Assembly: GCA_951406725.2 (NCBI GenBank)
Contig: OX597820.1
Span: 6,200,001-6,264,000 of the forward strand
DNA from: Octopus vulgaris
Lineage: Eukaryota
Reading direction: 5' to 3'
Length of the DNA stretch: 64,000 nt
A program made the translations under genes and the position numbers. Positions 12,801 to 25,935 of the stretch are shown piece after piece. Position 1 is the first letter of the stretch; the number at the start of each line of letters is the position of its first letter. The notes under the pieces were generated by a model. That model was given only the letters and a program-made list of their open reading frames with translations, ran no database searches and had not been told where the DNA came from.

Positions 12801-12918
12801 GTTGCCCACGTGGGAAAGGACTGCAACCGCTTCCTCTTGGAGCTATGAAATCTAATCCGTCTCCTTTAACACATTCTATTTCCAAACGGGATCGCCTCCA
12901 TTCATGTTCACAGACATC
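12801..12918 (-). CDS. Candidate internal coding exon of a Cys-containing uncharacterised protein (phase 0 to 1)
   Basis: Acceptor TTCTTCGTTTCAG| and donor |GTAAGT. The 118 bp is open and reads DVCEHEWRRSRLEIECVKGDGLDFIAPRGSGCSPFPRGQ. It is non-repetitive and more GC-rich than its flanks. Confidence 0.65.
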
Positions 12919-13254
12919 CTGAAACGAAGAATTCATAAACGAACATTAAAGATACAGAGTAACAGATTAAATAGAAACAATTGGCACATCATGAACATGG
13001 AACCTACGATCCCAGCATTTTGATGACATTGAAGGTCCTCAGTCTTTAGGTCTCTTTACAATTAACATATATATATAGCGGATCTATTTCTAGCATAGGG
13101 GTGTCCACATAGTGGTTTCCCTCTAATAGGTATATAATGCAATTTTACTGAACCTTCAGTTCTTTTTATATGCTAGACCACTGGTGTGAAATCTATGTTA
13201 ATTAAATTAATATCTAATTTCTTACCCTCATTTTAAATTCATATATATATAAAT

Positions 13255-13304
<50 letters not shown>

Positions 13305-14141
13305 TGTCATACAGACACACACGTGTATGTGTGTGTGTGTATTTGTGTATGTGTGTGCTTGTAATTGTTTCATGTAATCGTTTTGTGCTCTTGTAAGAAT
13401 TTCCTGTCCCCTATAATCACCAGCTGAAAAATGAGAGATTTCTCACGACCCCCACGACCATCACGTCGTAATGTGAAAGAGGGAAAAACGCAACGGTATC
13501 CCCCCCCCCACCCCGATTCTTTATGTTCTGATGTTCTGAGTTCAAATTGAACCGAGGTCAAGTTGGTCACCAAACCATTCAGGGTCGGTAAACTAAAATA
13601 CGACAGTCAATTTCAAATACAAACCCACGTCTACAAAACTGTTGCCTTAAATTCTGGTCGAAATTCTTATCTTTGCCAAAGATTTCTTAGTTACACACAT
13701 AACATATAAAATACAAACAGAAGAAAAAAAACTGATTATTCTAAACTAAATATTTTATCTAAATATTAACTCTGAAAAATCTTATAACAATATTGTATTT
13801 ATTTTTTTAATAATTCCTGGCTCATTCTCATTCTCCCCTACTCTCTCTCTCTCTTTCCTATTTCTCATTATCACTGTCTTTCATCTGTACTCTGAGACAT
13901 TTAAACAAACACTCAAACACAAACATACATGACAGATGAACAGGAAATATATATGTTTACACATAAGTATATACATATGTATAGACATACACACACACAC
14001 GCATATATATATATATATATATATATCACGTGATCACGTGACCGACCAGACCATCAGATGTTGCTACACATCGCTGGTCATAATGCGTTCGCATTGTTTT
14101 AGCCTTCGAATGACGCCACCCCTGCTGGCTTAGCCAGCGGG

Positions 14142-14190
<49 letters not shown>

Positions 14191-14454
14191 CCATATACAT
14201 ACATATCTATTTCAGTATCTGCATGCATATACACAGACAGGCGAGACAGGCTGAGATATCTCATTGTTTGTTGCCCAACAACGTCACAGAAATCAGTCTC
14301 AGACAGAAAATCACTTTCCGTTTGGAATAATGTTCCTCTGAATATCCAAAAAAGAAACTCGGAGTAATGCTTCTTCAAATTCCATATGGCCCGAAACACA
14401 CTGTTTACATCACTCCGTTTCTTTCACCCTACACACACCTGTATACATAAGGAG

Positions 14455-14560
14455 AGTGTACAAAACAAACAGATGTATTAGTATAACGCTCAGGAATAGA
14501 GAAAGTATTTTACGTTTCGAGCCTACGCTCTTCCACAGAAAGGAAACAGAAACAAGGAGG
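14455..14560 (-). mobile_element. Short repeat family G carrying a hammerhead-like motif
   Basis: CAAACAGATGTATTAGTATAACGCTCAGGAA..ACGTTTCGAGCCTACGCTCTTCCACAGAAAG, shared with the copies at 25065 and 46395. Confidence 0.7.
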
Positions 14561-14580
14561 CACACACACATATAATAATT

Positions 14581-14900
14581 GGCACTCCGTCGGCTACGAC
14601 AAGGAAGAGTCCAGGTGATCCGATCAACAGAACAGCCTGCTCGTGAGATTCCTGTGTAAGTGGCTGAACACTCCACAGACACGTGTACCCTTCACGTAGT
14701 TTTCAAGGGGATTCAATGTGACACAGAATATGACAAGGTCGGCCCTTTGAACCACAGTTGCAACTAATTTTTGCCAGCTGAGTGGACTGAAGAAATGTGA
14801 AATAAAGGGACTTGTTCAAGGACACAACGCAGCCGCCGGGAATCGAATTCATGACCTTCCGATCGTCAGACGAGTGCTCTAACCACTGAGCAATACGCCT
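14581..14900 (-). mobile_element. tRNA-derived SINE, family B
   Basis: Reverse complement has AGGCGTATTGCTCAGTGGTTAGAGCA..AATTCGATTCCC head and a tail ending GACGGAGTGCC. Homologous to 38695-38998. Confidence 0.85.
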
Positions 14901-14919
14901 TAATTCCGACACCCCCTCA

Positions 14920-15131
14920 TACATACACGTATATATATATATGAATTTATATATGTACATGAATATATATATGAGCATATATTTACACACACATGCATAA
15001 ATATATGAATATATATATCTACATATATTGCCACACATTTGCATATATATATACATATATATATTCATATACACACACACATATATATATATATATATAG
15101 TATATATATATATACATATATATATTCATAT

Positions 15132-15164
<33 letters not shown>

Positions 15165-15855
15165 GTATATACATATATACATATATATATTCATATACAC
15201 ATACATATATATATATGGATATACGTACATATACATATATACGTGTATATATATATACATATATGTATACATATATACATATACACACGCATACACAGGT
15301 ATACGCTCATACGCACGCGCGCGCACACAAATATATATACATTTAATAATATTTAAACAGGTGAGTAGAGAGAAAATAATTCACCATCGCCGCCACACAA
15401 ACAACTATATTAAATTAAATTTGTGCAATATTTTTGTGAAATAATGTTTGTTGAATATCTTGAGTTAAATGTAATAAGTTCAACATTTGTATCTAATATA
15501 TGTACATACGGAGGGAGAAGTGTGCATAGATATATAAACATATATGTATATATATATATATATATATGTATGTATATATATACGTACACACGTAAGTACA
15601 CTGTACATATACTCAATTATGTTCAATAAATTTATATGTATGTTTGTGTATACACATATGCATATATGCCTACATGAACATACGCATTGATGCATCTATG
15701 CCTACGTATATATTTATAAATATATATATTAACATGTACGCTTCTTGCACAAATATATATATATGTATATATACATGTGTATATATATATATATATATCT
15801 ATATATATATATCTCCCTCTCTATATATACATGTATATATATATGTGTATATATG

Positions 15856-15886
<31 letters not shown>

Positions 15887-16016
15887 GTGTATATATGTAT
15901 ATATATATCTATGTATGTAAGTACATATGTATGTATTTATTACATAATTTAAGAGATGCGATAATGACTCAAGGGCCTAGCTTTTCGTGTTATTGTATCA
16001 TGTCGGCATATGTAAG

Positions 16017-16089
<73 letters not shown>

Positions 16090-16425
16090 TGATGATAATA
16101 ATAATAATAATGATGATGATGATGATGATGACGATGATGATGAAACTAATAATAGCAATAACATTAACGATAATAACAACGACAGTAACAATATTAATGG
16201 TAACAATATTAATGATAATAATAATAACCTTAACGTCGATAATGATAACATCATGACTACTAATAATTATATTTTGTATACATACGTTCATACATGTATA
16301 TGTACATATATGCATATGTTTGTGCGCGTGTGTTTAACGATATACATATAAATATCTTCACTTATACATACATACATTTTTATGTGTGTGAATGTTAGAA
16401 TGTTAGAAGTGTTTGTACGTAAGAG

Positions 16426-16465
<40 letters not shown>

Positions 16466-16467
16466 TG

Positions 16468-16531
<64 letters not shown>

Positions 16532-17964
16532 TGCATATAAATATATATATATATATATATATACATGAACATATATATGTATATGCATGTACATAAATAT
16601 ATATTTATATATATATACATGAATATATATATGTATATGCATGTATATAAATATATATATATATATATATATTTGCATGTATATAAATATATATATGTGC
16701 ATGTATATATATGCATGTGTATACACGCCCATACACTCACACACACACATATGTGTGTGCATATCCATGGAGCAGTATACACTCCGCTGCTCTCCTTCAA
16801 CGATATCTAATAATGTTTATCAATGTTTCTCGCTATCAGAAACGCTAAATGAATATCATTATATAACCTGATTATATTAACTCAGTCAGCTAATTAGCTT
16901 TCTCAATGACATTAGATTAACTCTCTCTCTCTCATCTGACAGGCACACACATACACACACTCACCCGCACATTCATATACACACAAACATACATACATAT
17001 ATACACACTGCATATATATACATTTGTCATTTATTCTCCCTCTTTGTCGTTTCTTCTCTCTGAGTCTCTGCGTTTGTGTCTGTCTCCTTCTTTCTACATC
17101 TGTAACATCTGTAACATCTGTTTATATTTCAGGATATAGGCCTTCTTTTCTATTTCACACTGTGTGCGTATTATGCATGCATACATGTATGTATGTATGT
17201 ATGTATGTATGTATGTATGTATGTATGTATGTATGTATGTATGTATGTATGTATGTATGTATGTATGTATGTATGTGTGTATGTATGTATGTATGTATGT
17301 ATGTATGTATGTATGTATGTATGTTGGCATGTGTACATGTCTGCGTTTATATATTTCTGTATGTATGTATGTGTGTATGTATTTGTGTTTATGTGTGTAT
17401 GCGTGTATGTATGCAGATATGTATGTATACGTACATGCTTATAAATTTACATACATATATGCATATATTCATATGCATGCATGTATATGCATGTACACAT
17501 GTATATATATATATATGCATATGTTTATATATATATATATGTATATGCATGTACATATGTATGTGTGTATCTATATATAAAAACCAGCAATATACATACA
17601 TATATGTATGTATATTGCAGGTTTGTATATGGTTTGTATATATATATATATATATATATACAAACTATATATATATATATGTGCATATATATATATACAC
17701 ACATACATATGAGCAAGCATATACATACATATGTATACATACATATATAATAAGATACATATATACATATATATCGTTCGACATTTATGTATACATACAT
17801 ACATACATATATATATATACATATGTACGTACATATATTTATCCATACATGCACACACATATATGTGTGGGGGTGTATGTAAGTATGTGTTTGTATAGAT
17901 GCAATCATGTTTGTGAGTGCGTGTCTAATCATACACACACATAAATGAATTAATAAATTCAATA

Positions 17965-18002
<38 letters not shown>

Positions 18003-18168
18003 GTCATTTAATTTATTTATTTATTAAAACATTAATTTATGCACACTCACAAACACCCCCATAAATATATGTACACATATATGTATATATATAATGATCT
18101 GTATATATTTAAGCGTTTTCGTTAGTAAATGCGTGTCTGCCTATGTATCTGTATACGTATGTATGCAT

Positions 18169-18226
<58 letters not shown>

Positions 18227-18360
18227 GTGTATGTGCACGTATGTATTCATGCATGTATGCATGTATGTATATATGTAAGTATGCATGTATGTGTGTGTGT
18301 ATGTATATATGTGAATGTATGTATGTATGCCTGTGTATATGTATACTGAAACGTGTATAT
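14920..18360. repeat. Compound microsatellite region (TA, TATG, TAA/TGA)
   Basis: Extended low-complexity arrays, including (TAA/TGA)n at about 16017-16270 and (TATG)n at about 17185-17323. Confidence 0.9.
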
Positions 18361-19039
18361 AAGGAAGTTCTCTTCTTGATTGTATTTTAAACATTTTGAC
18401 GGCCATGTTTTGATCGTTGAAACGTAAGAATCTTTCATTTTTCTGTTAGCAAATATTTGCTGAACTATGCAACTTTTGCAGTGTAAGAGGGTCTTTTTCA
18501 CTTTAGCTTCCCTCGGCGTCATCTGTTGTTTAACGATTATTCAAAGGCCTTTCTCTCTAGCTCGCCATATTGCTACTATTTCTTGATCCAGCCGCTTCGT
18601 TGATCTTCGGTGTAAATGTGAACGTGTATTTGCGACCTTGCACTAGCCAACTCCTCATCACTGGTCTACAAATATTTACCATTTACAGTGGTTTTCTTAC
18701 AACAATGATGTCACCTGGTCAGCTGGCTTCCATACCAAAGTATGCTTGCATTATATAACACACAGGATACAATGGCAGTTTGTTATATTTTGTGTAGTTG
18801 TATGGCAATTGTACGCAGTACATTGTTGGCTGCCATTTGCAAATAGTCCGACAACAAATATGGTCTTCAGGGTTGTGGGAGAGGGAACGTCAACAATTGA
18901 AATTATTTAAATTAAAATGAGATATAGTGTCCATAAGTGTTCATAACTCTGGTACTCTCTCTTTCGAACGTAAGCAAATATATTTGCAAATTGTGGGACG
19001 AAGAGCAAAACAGCAAAGCTATGCTCGCACATTAATGTA

Positions 19040-19590
19040 TACTTGTTTCTGTAATTTATTAAAACAAAATCCAGCGTTGAGCAATTACCTAATTCTTCGA
19101 CAACATCTTGTTGCTTTTCGATGCACTCCTTCCATCGGCTCTCAAGATTATTTATTCCATCGGGGAGGTTTATCGGTTGGTCGCGCAGCCATTTATGCCC
19201 TGCTTCCTGCGCTTCATCGTCCACAGAGTGGACGGTGGTCACTCGTCGGTTCGCCAGATCCATCTTTAGAGATGATTGAAGTTTTCACATCAGTCTTAGA
19301 GATTAATGGGCATCCTGTTCCCTCTTCATGCTTCTCGCTTGTTTGGCTATTCTCGATCTATTCACACAGTTTTACGTGATAAGAGAGCTGTCCTTCTATT
19401 GTACGGAAAGCCTGCGATGAATTTTAGTCCCTGACACAACCTCGGACCAGAGAAATTGGATCACTCATCTCTGTTCTTCTTTGCTGCGCAAAAGCAAGCA
19501 GAACGGTCGTGCTTATTCTGAAAGGAAGCTGACGACAAGAATACTACGTTTTCGCATGGGAGCGCTGAAGGTAGTGCAACCAACCTAAAG
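19040..19590 (-). mobile_element. Internally deleted mariner transposase relic
   Basis: KEEQR*VIQFLWSEVVSGTKIHRRLSVQ..EEGTGCP..MDLANRRVT joins directly to DDEAQEAGHKWLRDQP..DGINNLESRWKECIEKQQDVVEE. The catalytic DDD domain is missing. Confidence 0.8.
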
Positions 19591-19601
19591 GTGAATGCAT
19601 T

Positions 19602-19652
<51 letters not shown>

Positions 19653-19703
19653 GGTATGTAGAAAAATACAACATGGACAAGAACGTATAACTCTTAGAAG
19701 ACG

Positions 19704-19764
<61 letters not shown>

Positions 19765-20094
19765 AGTGTGTGTGTGTGTATGTGTGTGTGTGTGTGTGTG
19801 TATGTATGTTTGTGTGTGTGTTAGTCTGTGATACAGGATGCGATGGGTAATTTGTCGCGATTTTATCATTTTAATTTCGTGCATGCGCAATGTTTGTTTT
19901 TGATTTTATCGACTACACAGTATAGTAGGGTCAGTTGGGTACCGTCTGTGAGAAAAACAGCACTATAACGCAATTCAGTCTGCCAGAAATTTGGAAACAA
20001 CTTGCTGTACTGCTTGGCATTCATGCCGGAAGCTCCGATAGGAACATTTCAGTGTTTAGGGTATCAATCTGAGCACCCTGTAAATATATATATA

Positions 20095-20487
20095 CTAGCA
20101 GTATCACCCGGCGTTGCTCGGTTGTAAGGGAAATAACTATATAAGCATTTTTAGAGAGTTATAGCCAAAAAATAGCAAAAAAAATGCATTAAAAATTGAA
20201 AAAAAATTAAGGTAAATTTTTTTAAATCGTTGACACATCGTAGATATTTTTAGAGAGTTACTTCCCTTATATAAAAGCGAAAAAAATGCATTAAAATGGA
20301 AAAATATGATGGTAAATTTTTTAAAAATCGTAGACTCATCGTATACGCGCGCTAATACCCAGAAGGGCTCGATATGAATCACGACTATAAGATACCCGCT
20401 TTTGGTTAAACTGCACCGCAAAATGTGGGAGTAATTACGAATGTAAATCGAAGGGGACAGACACACAACTTCACTCTTATATAAAGA
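20095..20487 (-). mobile_element. Non-autonomous Helitron
   Basis: Minus strand reads A|TCTTTATATAAG... then hairpin CCGAGCAACGCCGGG, then TGATACTG-CTAG|T. It sits in an AT dinucleotide with no TSD. Confidence 0.85.
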
Positions 20488-21539
20488 TGCTTTTTTTTTT
20501 CAGTCATAGAGTTAGATTTATGAAGGTCTTCAGTAGAAAATCCTTCGAATTCTGACTCGCTGCTTGATATAATGAAATTCGTATCCATTTTTTGTCAGAA
20601 TTACAAATTTTGAAAACACTATAGGAACAAATTTCGGAAAAAAATCTCCCATAATTCACGGAATTAAAATTACACTTCGATTTTTGTACAAAACTGTATT
20701 TGAAGTGTTTACGAAGTATAATACGTGTTTTCACGAATGTACTAAAGAGATTTACTCTGATATTCTCATTTAAATATGAATAGGTAAATTCGGGCGGTTT
20801 GGTAATGAAAGGGTTTATATAAGTGTCATCTGTTTATACATAAACACTGTTTCATAGTTTCAGTTTAGTCTTCCTCAAATCACTGTCGCTAATTTACTCT
20901 CTTCCAAGAACATTTTCACTCACTGTTATCTGTTAGCTTCCCATACATTTTACTCATGTATCTATCAGCGTGATAGACAGAAACAAATATTACATTTACT
21001 TTCATTTTATTCGTTGCCCACTGTGTGTGTGCGTTTGCGTGTGGTGTAAACCAGACTAAAAAAAGCATTTGACACACACACCAGAATGTGAGTTTTCTGT
21101 AAATTTTGCTTAATTGGAGTTTAAATTTTAAAAACTGGACCTGGCATGACGCGATGCATTGTACTCTTAAAACTGCTAGGTAAATTGTAATTGAAGAAAT
21201 CCTATATTGTAGATTTGTATAACTCCCAAAGGGAGGCAGATAAAATCTGCCTTTTATAATAAGATTATAATAAGAGATATATATATATGTATGTATGTGT
21301 ATGTGTGTGTGTGTGCGTGTGTGTGCGCGCGCACGCGCGTTTCGCCTCGATTTGACTAGGTACCTCAATCTGATATTGTGTATAACGTTGCCTTCGTTTT
21401 GCTTGAAAGTGCGACTGGCTAGACTTGGTTGAAAATCTTTTGTGGTGATGAAACTTTGATTTGAATTTACCTCCAACAGTACCTATGCAACACTTCTTTT
21501 CACCTGTCTGATTTCTTTTTGCAGATAACTCAGAATATT

Positions 21540-21798
21540 CGAGGTGTTGTCAAAAGGTTTCTAGACTAGTTCTGTAGCATGCCAACAGATGTCAGCACAT
21601 GTTTCCGTGCGCGTTGAGAGCTAGCAATGACCTTCATGAAGCACTTTGTCGAGAGATATAGCTGTGTTTACTTCGTAAGTTGGGAAATTTGTGTTTTTGT
21701 GATCTCGTTTTTGCTGTAGTCTACGATTTCGTCACAGGCAGGAAGTTGGAACAACGAGCCAACGTGAAATTTTGCGTTAAACTTGGGAAGACTGCTAT
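21540..21798 (+). mobile_element. Mariner 5' end (TIR plus N-terminus), truncated
   Basis: CGAGGTGTTGTCAAAAGGTTTCTAGACT TIR-like sequence, then RKLEQRANVKFCVKLGKTA. Confidence 0.75.
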
Positions 21799-22139
21799 AT
21801 TTTGAATGCCTAGTCTAAGAGACGAAAGAGCGTTTGGTAGGAGAACAATTCCGATTGACCTGTAAAGTAGGTCTGTTGGTGACGAGTGCATTCATGTTGG
21901 AAATATTAATATAACGGGACATTTACTGTCATTCCAACATTTATCAGTAAATGAGAAATGCGAATGTAAAAGGACCAAGAATGAAGACTTCTTTAGCTAC
22001 AAACCTAAACAATGTCAGCTTGTGGTGTGTGTCACTGGATCCAAAAGAAGCTACATGAAATCTTTCATGAAGTAAATTACGACATAAAGGAATATTCCCG
22101 TTACTCACCCTTCCATTGTGATACCCAGACTTAAATATT

Positions 22140-22786
22140 TATTTCTTTATTGCCCACAAGGGGCTAAATACAGAGGGGACAAACAAGGACAGACAAAGAG
22201 ATTAAGTCGATTACATCGACCCCAGTGTGCAACTGGTACTTATTTTATCGACCCCGAAAGGATGAAAGGCAAAGTCGACCTCGGCGAAATTTGAACTCAG
22301 AACGTAACAGCAACGAAATACCTATTTCTTTACTACCCACAGGGGGCTAAATACAGAGGGGACAAACAAGGACAGACAAATGGATTAAATCGATTACATC
22401 GACCCCAGTGTGCAACTGGTACTTATTTTATCGACCCCGAAAGGATGAAAGGCAAAGTCGACCTCGGTGGAATTTGAACTCAGAACGTAGCGGCAGACGA
22501 AATACTGCTAAGCATTTCGCCCGGTGTGCTAGCGTTTCTGCCAGCTCGCCACCTTTCTTTTTTGTTCCTTTTTTAACAACGGAGTTCACCCCCCGCCGCA
22601 CCGGACTCTCGTGGAGCTTAGGTGTTTTTGCTCAATAAACATTCACAATGCCCGGTCTGAGAATCGAAACCGCGTTCTTACGACCGCGAGTCCGCTGCCC
22701 TAACCACTGTGCCATTGCATCTCCACTGCGGACGAAATACCGGTAAGCATTTTAACCGGCACGGCAACAACTCTTTCTTCTCGCCA
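22140..22786 (-). mobile_element. SINE cluster: family D dimer (22140-22553), family C (about 22580-22727), family D head remnant
   Basis: Two roughly 180-bp direct copies of the D body. The family C head reverse-complements to TGGAGATGCAATGGCACAGTGGTTAGGGCAGCGGACTCGCGG. Confidence 0.85.
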
Positions 22787-23089
22787 TCTGGAACACAGCG
22801 TTTAATATTAGGAGGGTAGTCTTTAGTCTTACTTAATCTTCAACAACTTTCGATAGTAAGGACTTTACAGTAGTAAAGCATTTGCAGATATTAGTTTACA
22901 GAAGAAAATTTTGCGCCATCTCTGCGTACCCAAATCACGTAAAAGGTCCGGAAAAGTTATTTGATTCACACAAGATTGATCCATAATCGTTAACATTGTA
23001 AGCAAGAAATTTCTGATGGAATTAATGTTATTTTCAAATCTAAAAAAAATTCAATATGGACATAACACCACATACTGATAAAACTAAAT

Positions 23090-23480
23090 AAGCTGTATAC
23101 CGCTTAAGAAAACAATTACTGGAATGAATGCTTAGATATATGCTGGTTTCACTTTGAAACGTGGGTGGGAAAGAGCAGATTGCAGGGACATAGAATTGCC
23201 AAACGGAGAGCAAACAGCAGACCCAAATGATACTAGGTACAAGTACCTTGGGATACTGGAACTGGACAATATTTTGCATAGAGAAATGAAAGACAAGGTC
23301 CACGCTGCATATTTGAAGTACCTCAAATTATTCTTGAAGACAAACCCCAACGCTTTCGAGATATCTTACAATCTTGGGGTATCACAAAAATTGGCTTTAC
23401 TTAAAACTGAGCTCATACTGCGTAAAATACTGCCTGTCTGTTGGGACTTGACATACAGTACAAACCCCTGCTACACACAA
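23090..23480 (+). mobile_element. R4/Dong-clade LINE fragment with internal deletion
   Basis: LKRG..DIELPNGEQ..YKYLGILELDNILHREMKDKVHAAYLK (RT thumb) is fused to LGVSQKLALLKTELILRKIL (C-terminus). A TAA-rich repeat follows. Confidence 0.8.
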
Positions 23481-23620
23481 TATCTTGAAACTATATATAT
23501 ATACTGTACGACGTTTTCAATAATAATAATAATAATAATAATAACAATAATAACAATAATAATAACAATAATAATAATAATAGTAATAATAATAATAATA
23601 TTAAAGTTAATAACAATAAT

Positions 23621-24170
23621 GTGCCCTGATGCAGTACCAGGCAGTGGTTCTCATGGCTTCTGATCTAAACTGATTGGAATTGTTATCATGTACATTGCTT
23701 TGTCTTGGTATAAAAGATGGGCTACAGCAAATATTCTGCTCAATACCACAGATTTGCTTGTCAGTTGTTTGACCGTAACCAGTTGAGCATGTCCCCAAGT
23801 GGCTGACGATATGTGCATCTCTGATCATGAGCAGTGGGGGAGCATCATAGCCATGTGTTGAGAGGGATTCTTTGGGGTTTGAATAATTCACCTCTGGAAA
23901 CATGAGTGCTTCGTTCAACATCCTTAAACAATCCTTATTCAGGGACCTTTTGAGCGGGATGGGCTGCTCGACCAGAAGAAAATTCTAGCTGGGCCCCACC
24001 TGCAAGGTCATGTGCTGTTTATCTTGATATGAGATCACCATGTCACGCACATATGATTATGATGCATGTGCCTGGTGTACCCTTATCAGACGGGTAGTCG
24101 TGATGGGTATACTGGGCTTCGTATATTTTACCCCAGTGCCACTTTGATGGCATGCACTGCTCTCTCATTC
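23621..24170 (+). mobile_element. Repeat family E (probable LINE 3' UTR or non-autonomous retroelement) flanked by TAA repeats
   Basis: Homologous to 31278-31601 (GGGCCCCACCTGCAAGGTCAT, CCCTTATCAGAC, GGGTATACTGGGCTT). Both copies end in (TAA)n. Confidence 0.7.
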
Positions 24171-24566
24171 AATAATAATATGAAAACTTGTGGATGCCTA
24201 AGATTACAGGTAGTAACCCACTGTCCACATAATTCATACCAGGAATAAGACCGAACCTGAACCAAATCATAATTATAAGAACAGAAATATTAATGACAAT
24301 TACTATATACTTACACATACACGCTGACGCATAGTTACAGAAGCGTGCGCGCACTAACGAAGCACCATCATATTTATGGAGGTTTATCTTTGAAATACAC
24401 GCTCTCATCATATCAGTTACTATCATTCAGGCAAATAACATAAATGATGAGGTAAATTTATTTTGTGCAATATTCATTATTACACATATTTAACGGTAAC
24501 GATTTAACTCTCTAAAACTATTATTATTACTATTATTATTATTATTATTACTATTATTATTATTAC

Positions 24567-24597
<31 letters not shown>

Positions 24598-24984
24598 ATC
24601 TATTTATTATCATGTATTTATTTATTTTCAATTTACAAATTATGAAAATATTTAATTTATTTTTAGTAATTATTTTACATGTTTATCAAGCTTCCGTTTA
24701 CAAACCATCTGACATTATATTTTATGTTTATTTGCTCCTCTTTATTTTTATCTTGTGGCAATCCGTCCCATATGTTATTGCTAATCTAGTCGGAGAATAT
24801 TTACTTGGGCGGAATATTAATATGTCTCATTAAATAGAAATATCGATGAATTAAAGTTTAATTAATTGCTAGTATAACGTGTATTAATGGAATATTCGAA
24901 TGGTTTCGATTGTCCCAGGTTTCGATGGCAGACGGCAAGATAGGTATGCCTATATATATATAGGTATGCCTGTGAGTGTATATA

Positions 24985-25050
<66 letters not shown>

Positions 25051-25064
25051 AGAGAGAGAGTTTA

Positions 25065-25255
25065 CGAAGAAAAACAAATGACGAAGACAGGTGGTGTATA
25101 AACCAAACAGATGTATTAGTATAACGCTCAGGAATAGAAAATGTCTTTTACGTTTCGAGCCTATGCTCTTCTACAGAAAGGGACAGAGAAAAAATAAGGA
25201 GAGAAAAGAATGGAGAGAAAAAAATTGAGAGAAGAAAATGTGTGTAGTGGCTGTA
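25065..25255 (-). mobile_element. Repeat family G with a hammerhead-like motif at 25145-25180
   Basis: Minus strand: CTTT CTGTAGA A GAGC ATAG GCTC GAAA CGT A AAAG. Confidence 0.7.
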
Positions 25256-25894
25256 TATATGTATATATATATTAGTGTCCTGATATGCTTTCAAATCCAT
25301 ATATCCTCTATATGTATATGTGTATATATTTTTCATGCATTATATGCATGCATGAATGTGTGTATGTGTTTGTCTGTGTGTGTGTGCCTGTGTGTGTGTA
25401 TGTGTGTGTGTGTGTGTGTATCTGTGTGTGCCTGTGTGTGTGTGTGTGTGTGTGTGTGCGTTTAGTGTCGACTTTCTAAAAAAGAGAACTGAATACTATT
25501 CTACAGATTAATATATTTAGTTCGTGTCAGTGCAGCAAGAAACTGTATAGACTAAATAAACTATACGCACACACACGCACGCACGCACGCACACACGCAC
25601 ACGCACACACACACACTTGCGTATATATGTAAATATGTATATGGAGAACAACGAAGGACAATATCAATGATATTTACAATATTCACTTCCTACACCTGTT
25701 TCAATAATTCTTACGCGAAATCTTAATAACAATCATAGTTATGTAATTACACTTACGATTATAAGTATTCGGAACGTAAGAAAGACTTTATTTAGGATTT
25801 CGAGAAACATGAATTTTCTGATTTCATCATAATGTAATATATTGAGCACCAATATTGGAAATTTTTCATGCTTAACTACTACTCCATTGATCTT

Positions 25895-25904
25895 TATGTA
25901 TGTA

Positions 25905-25935
<31 letters not shown>

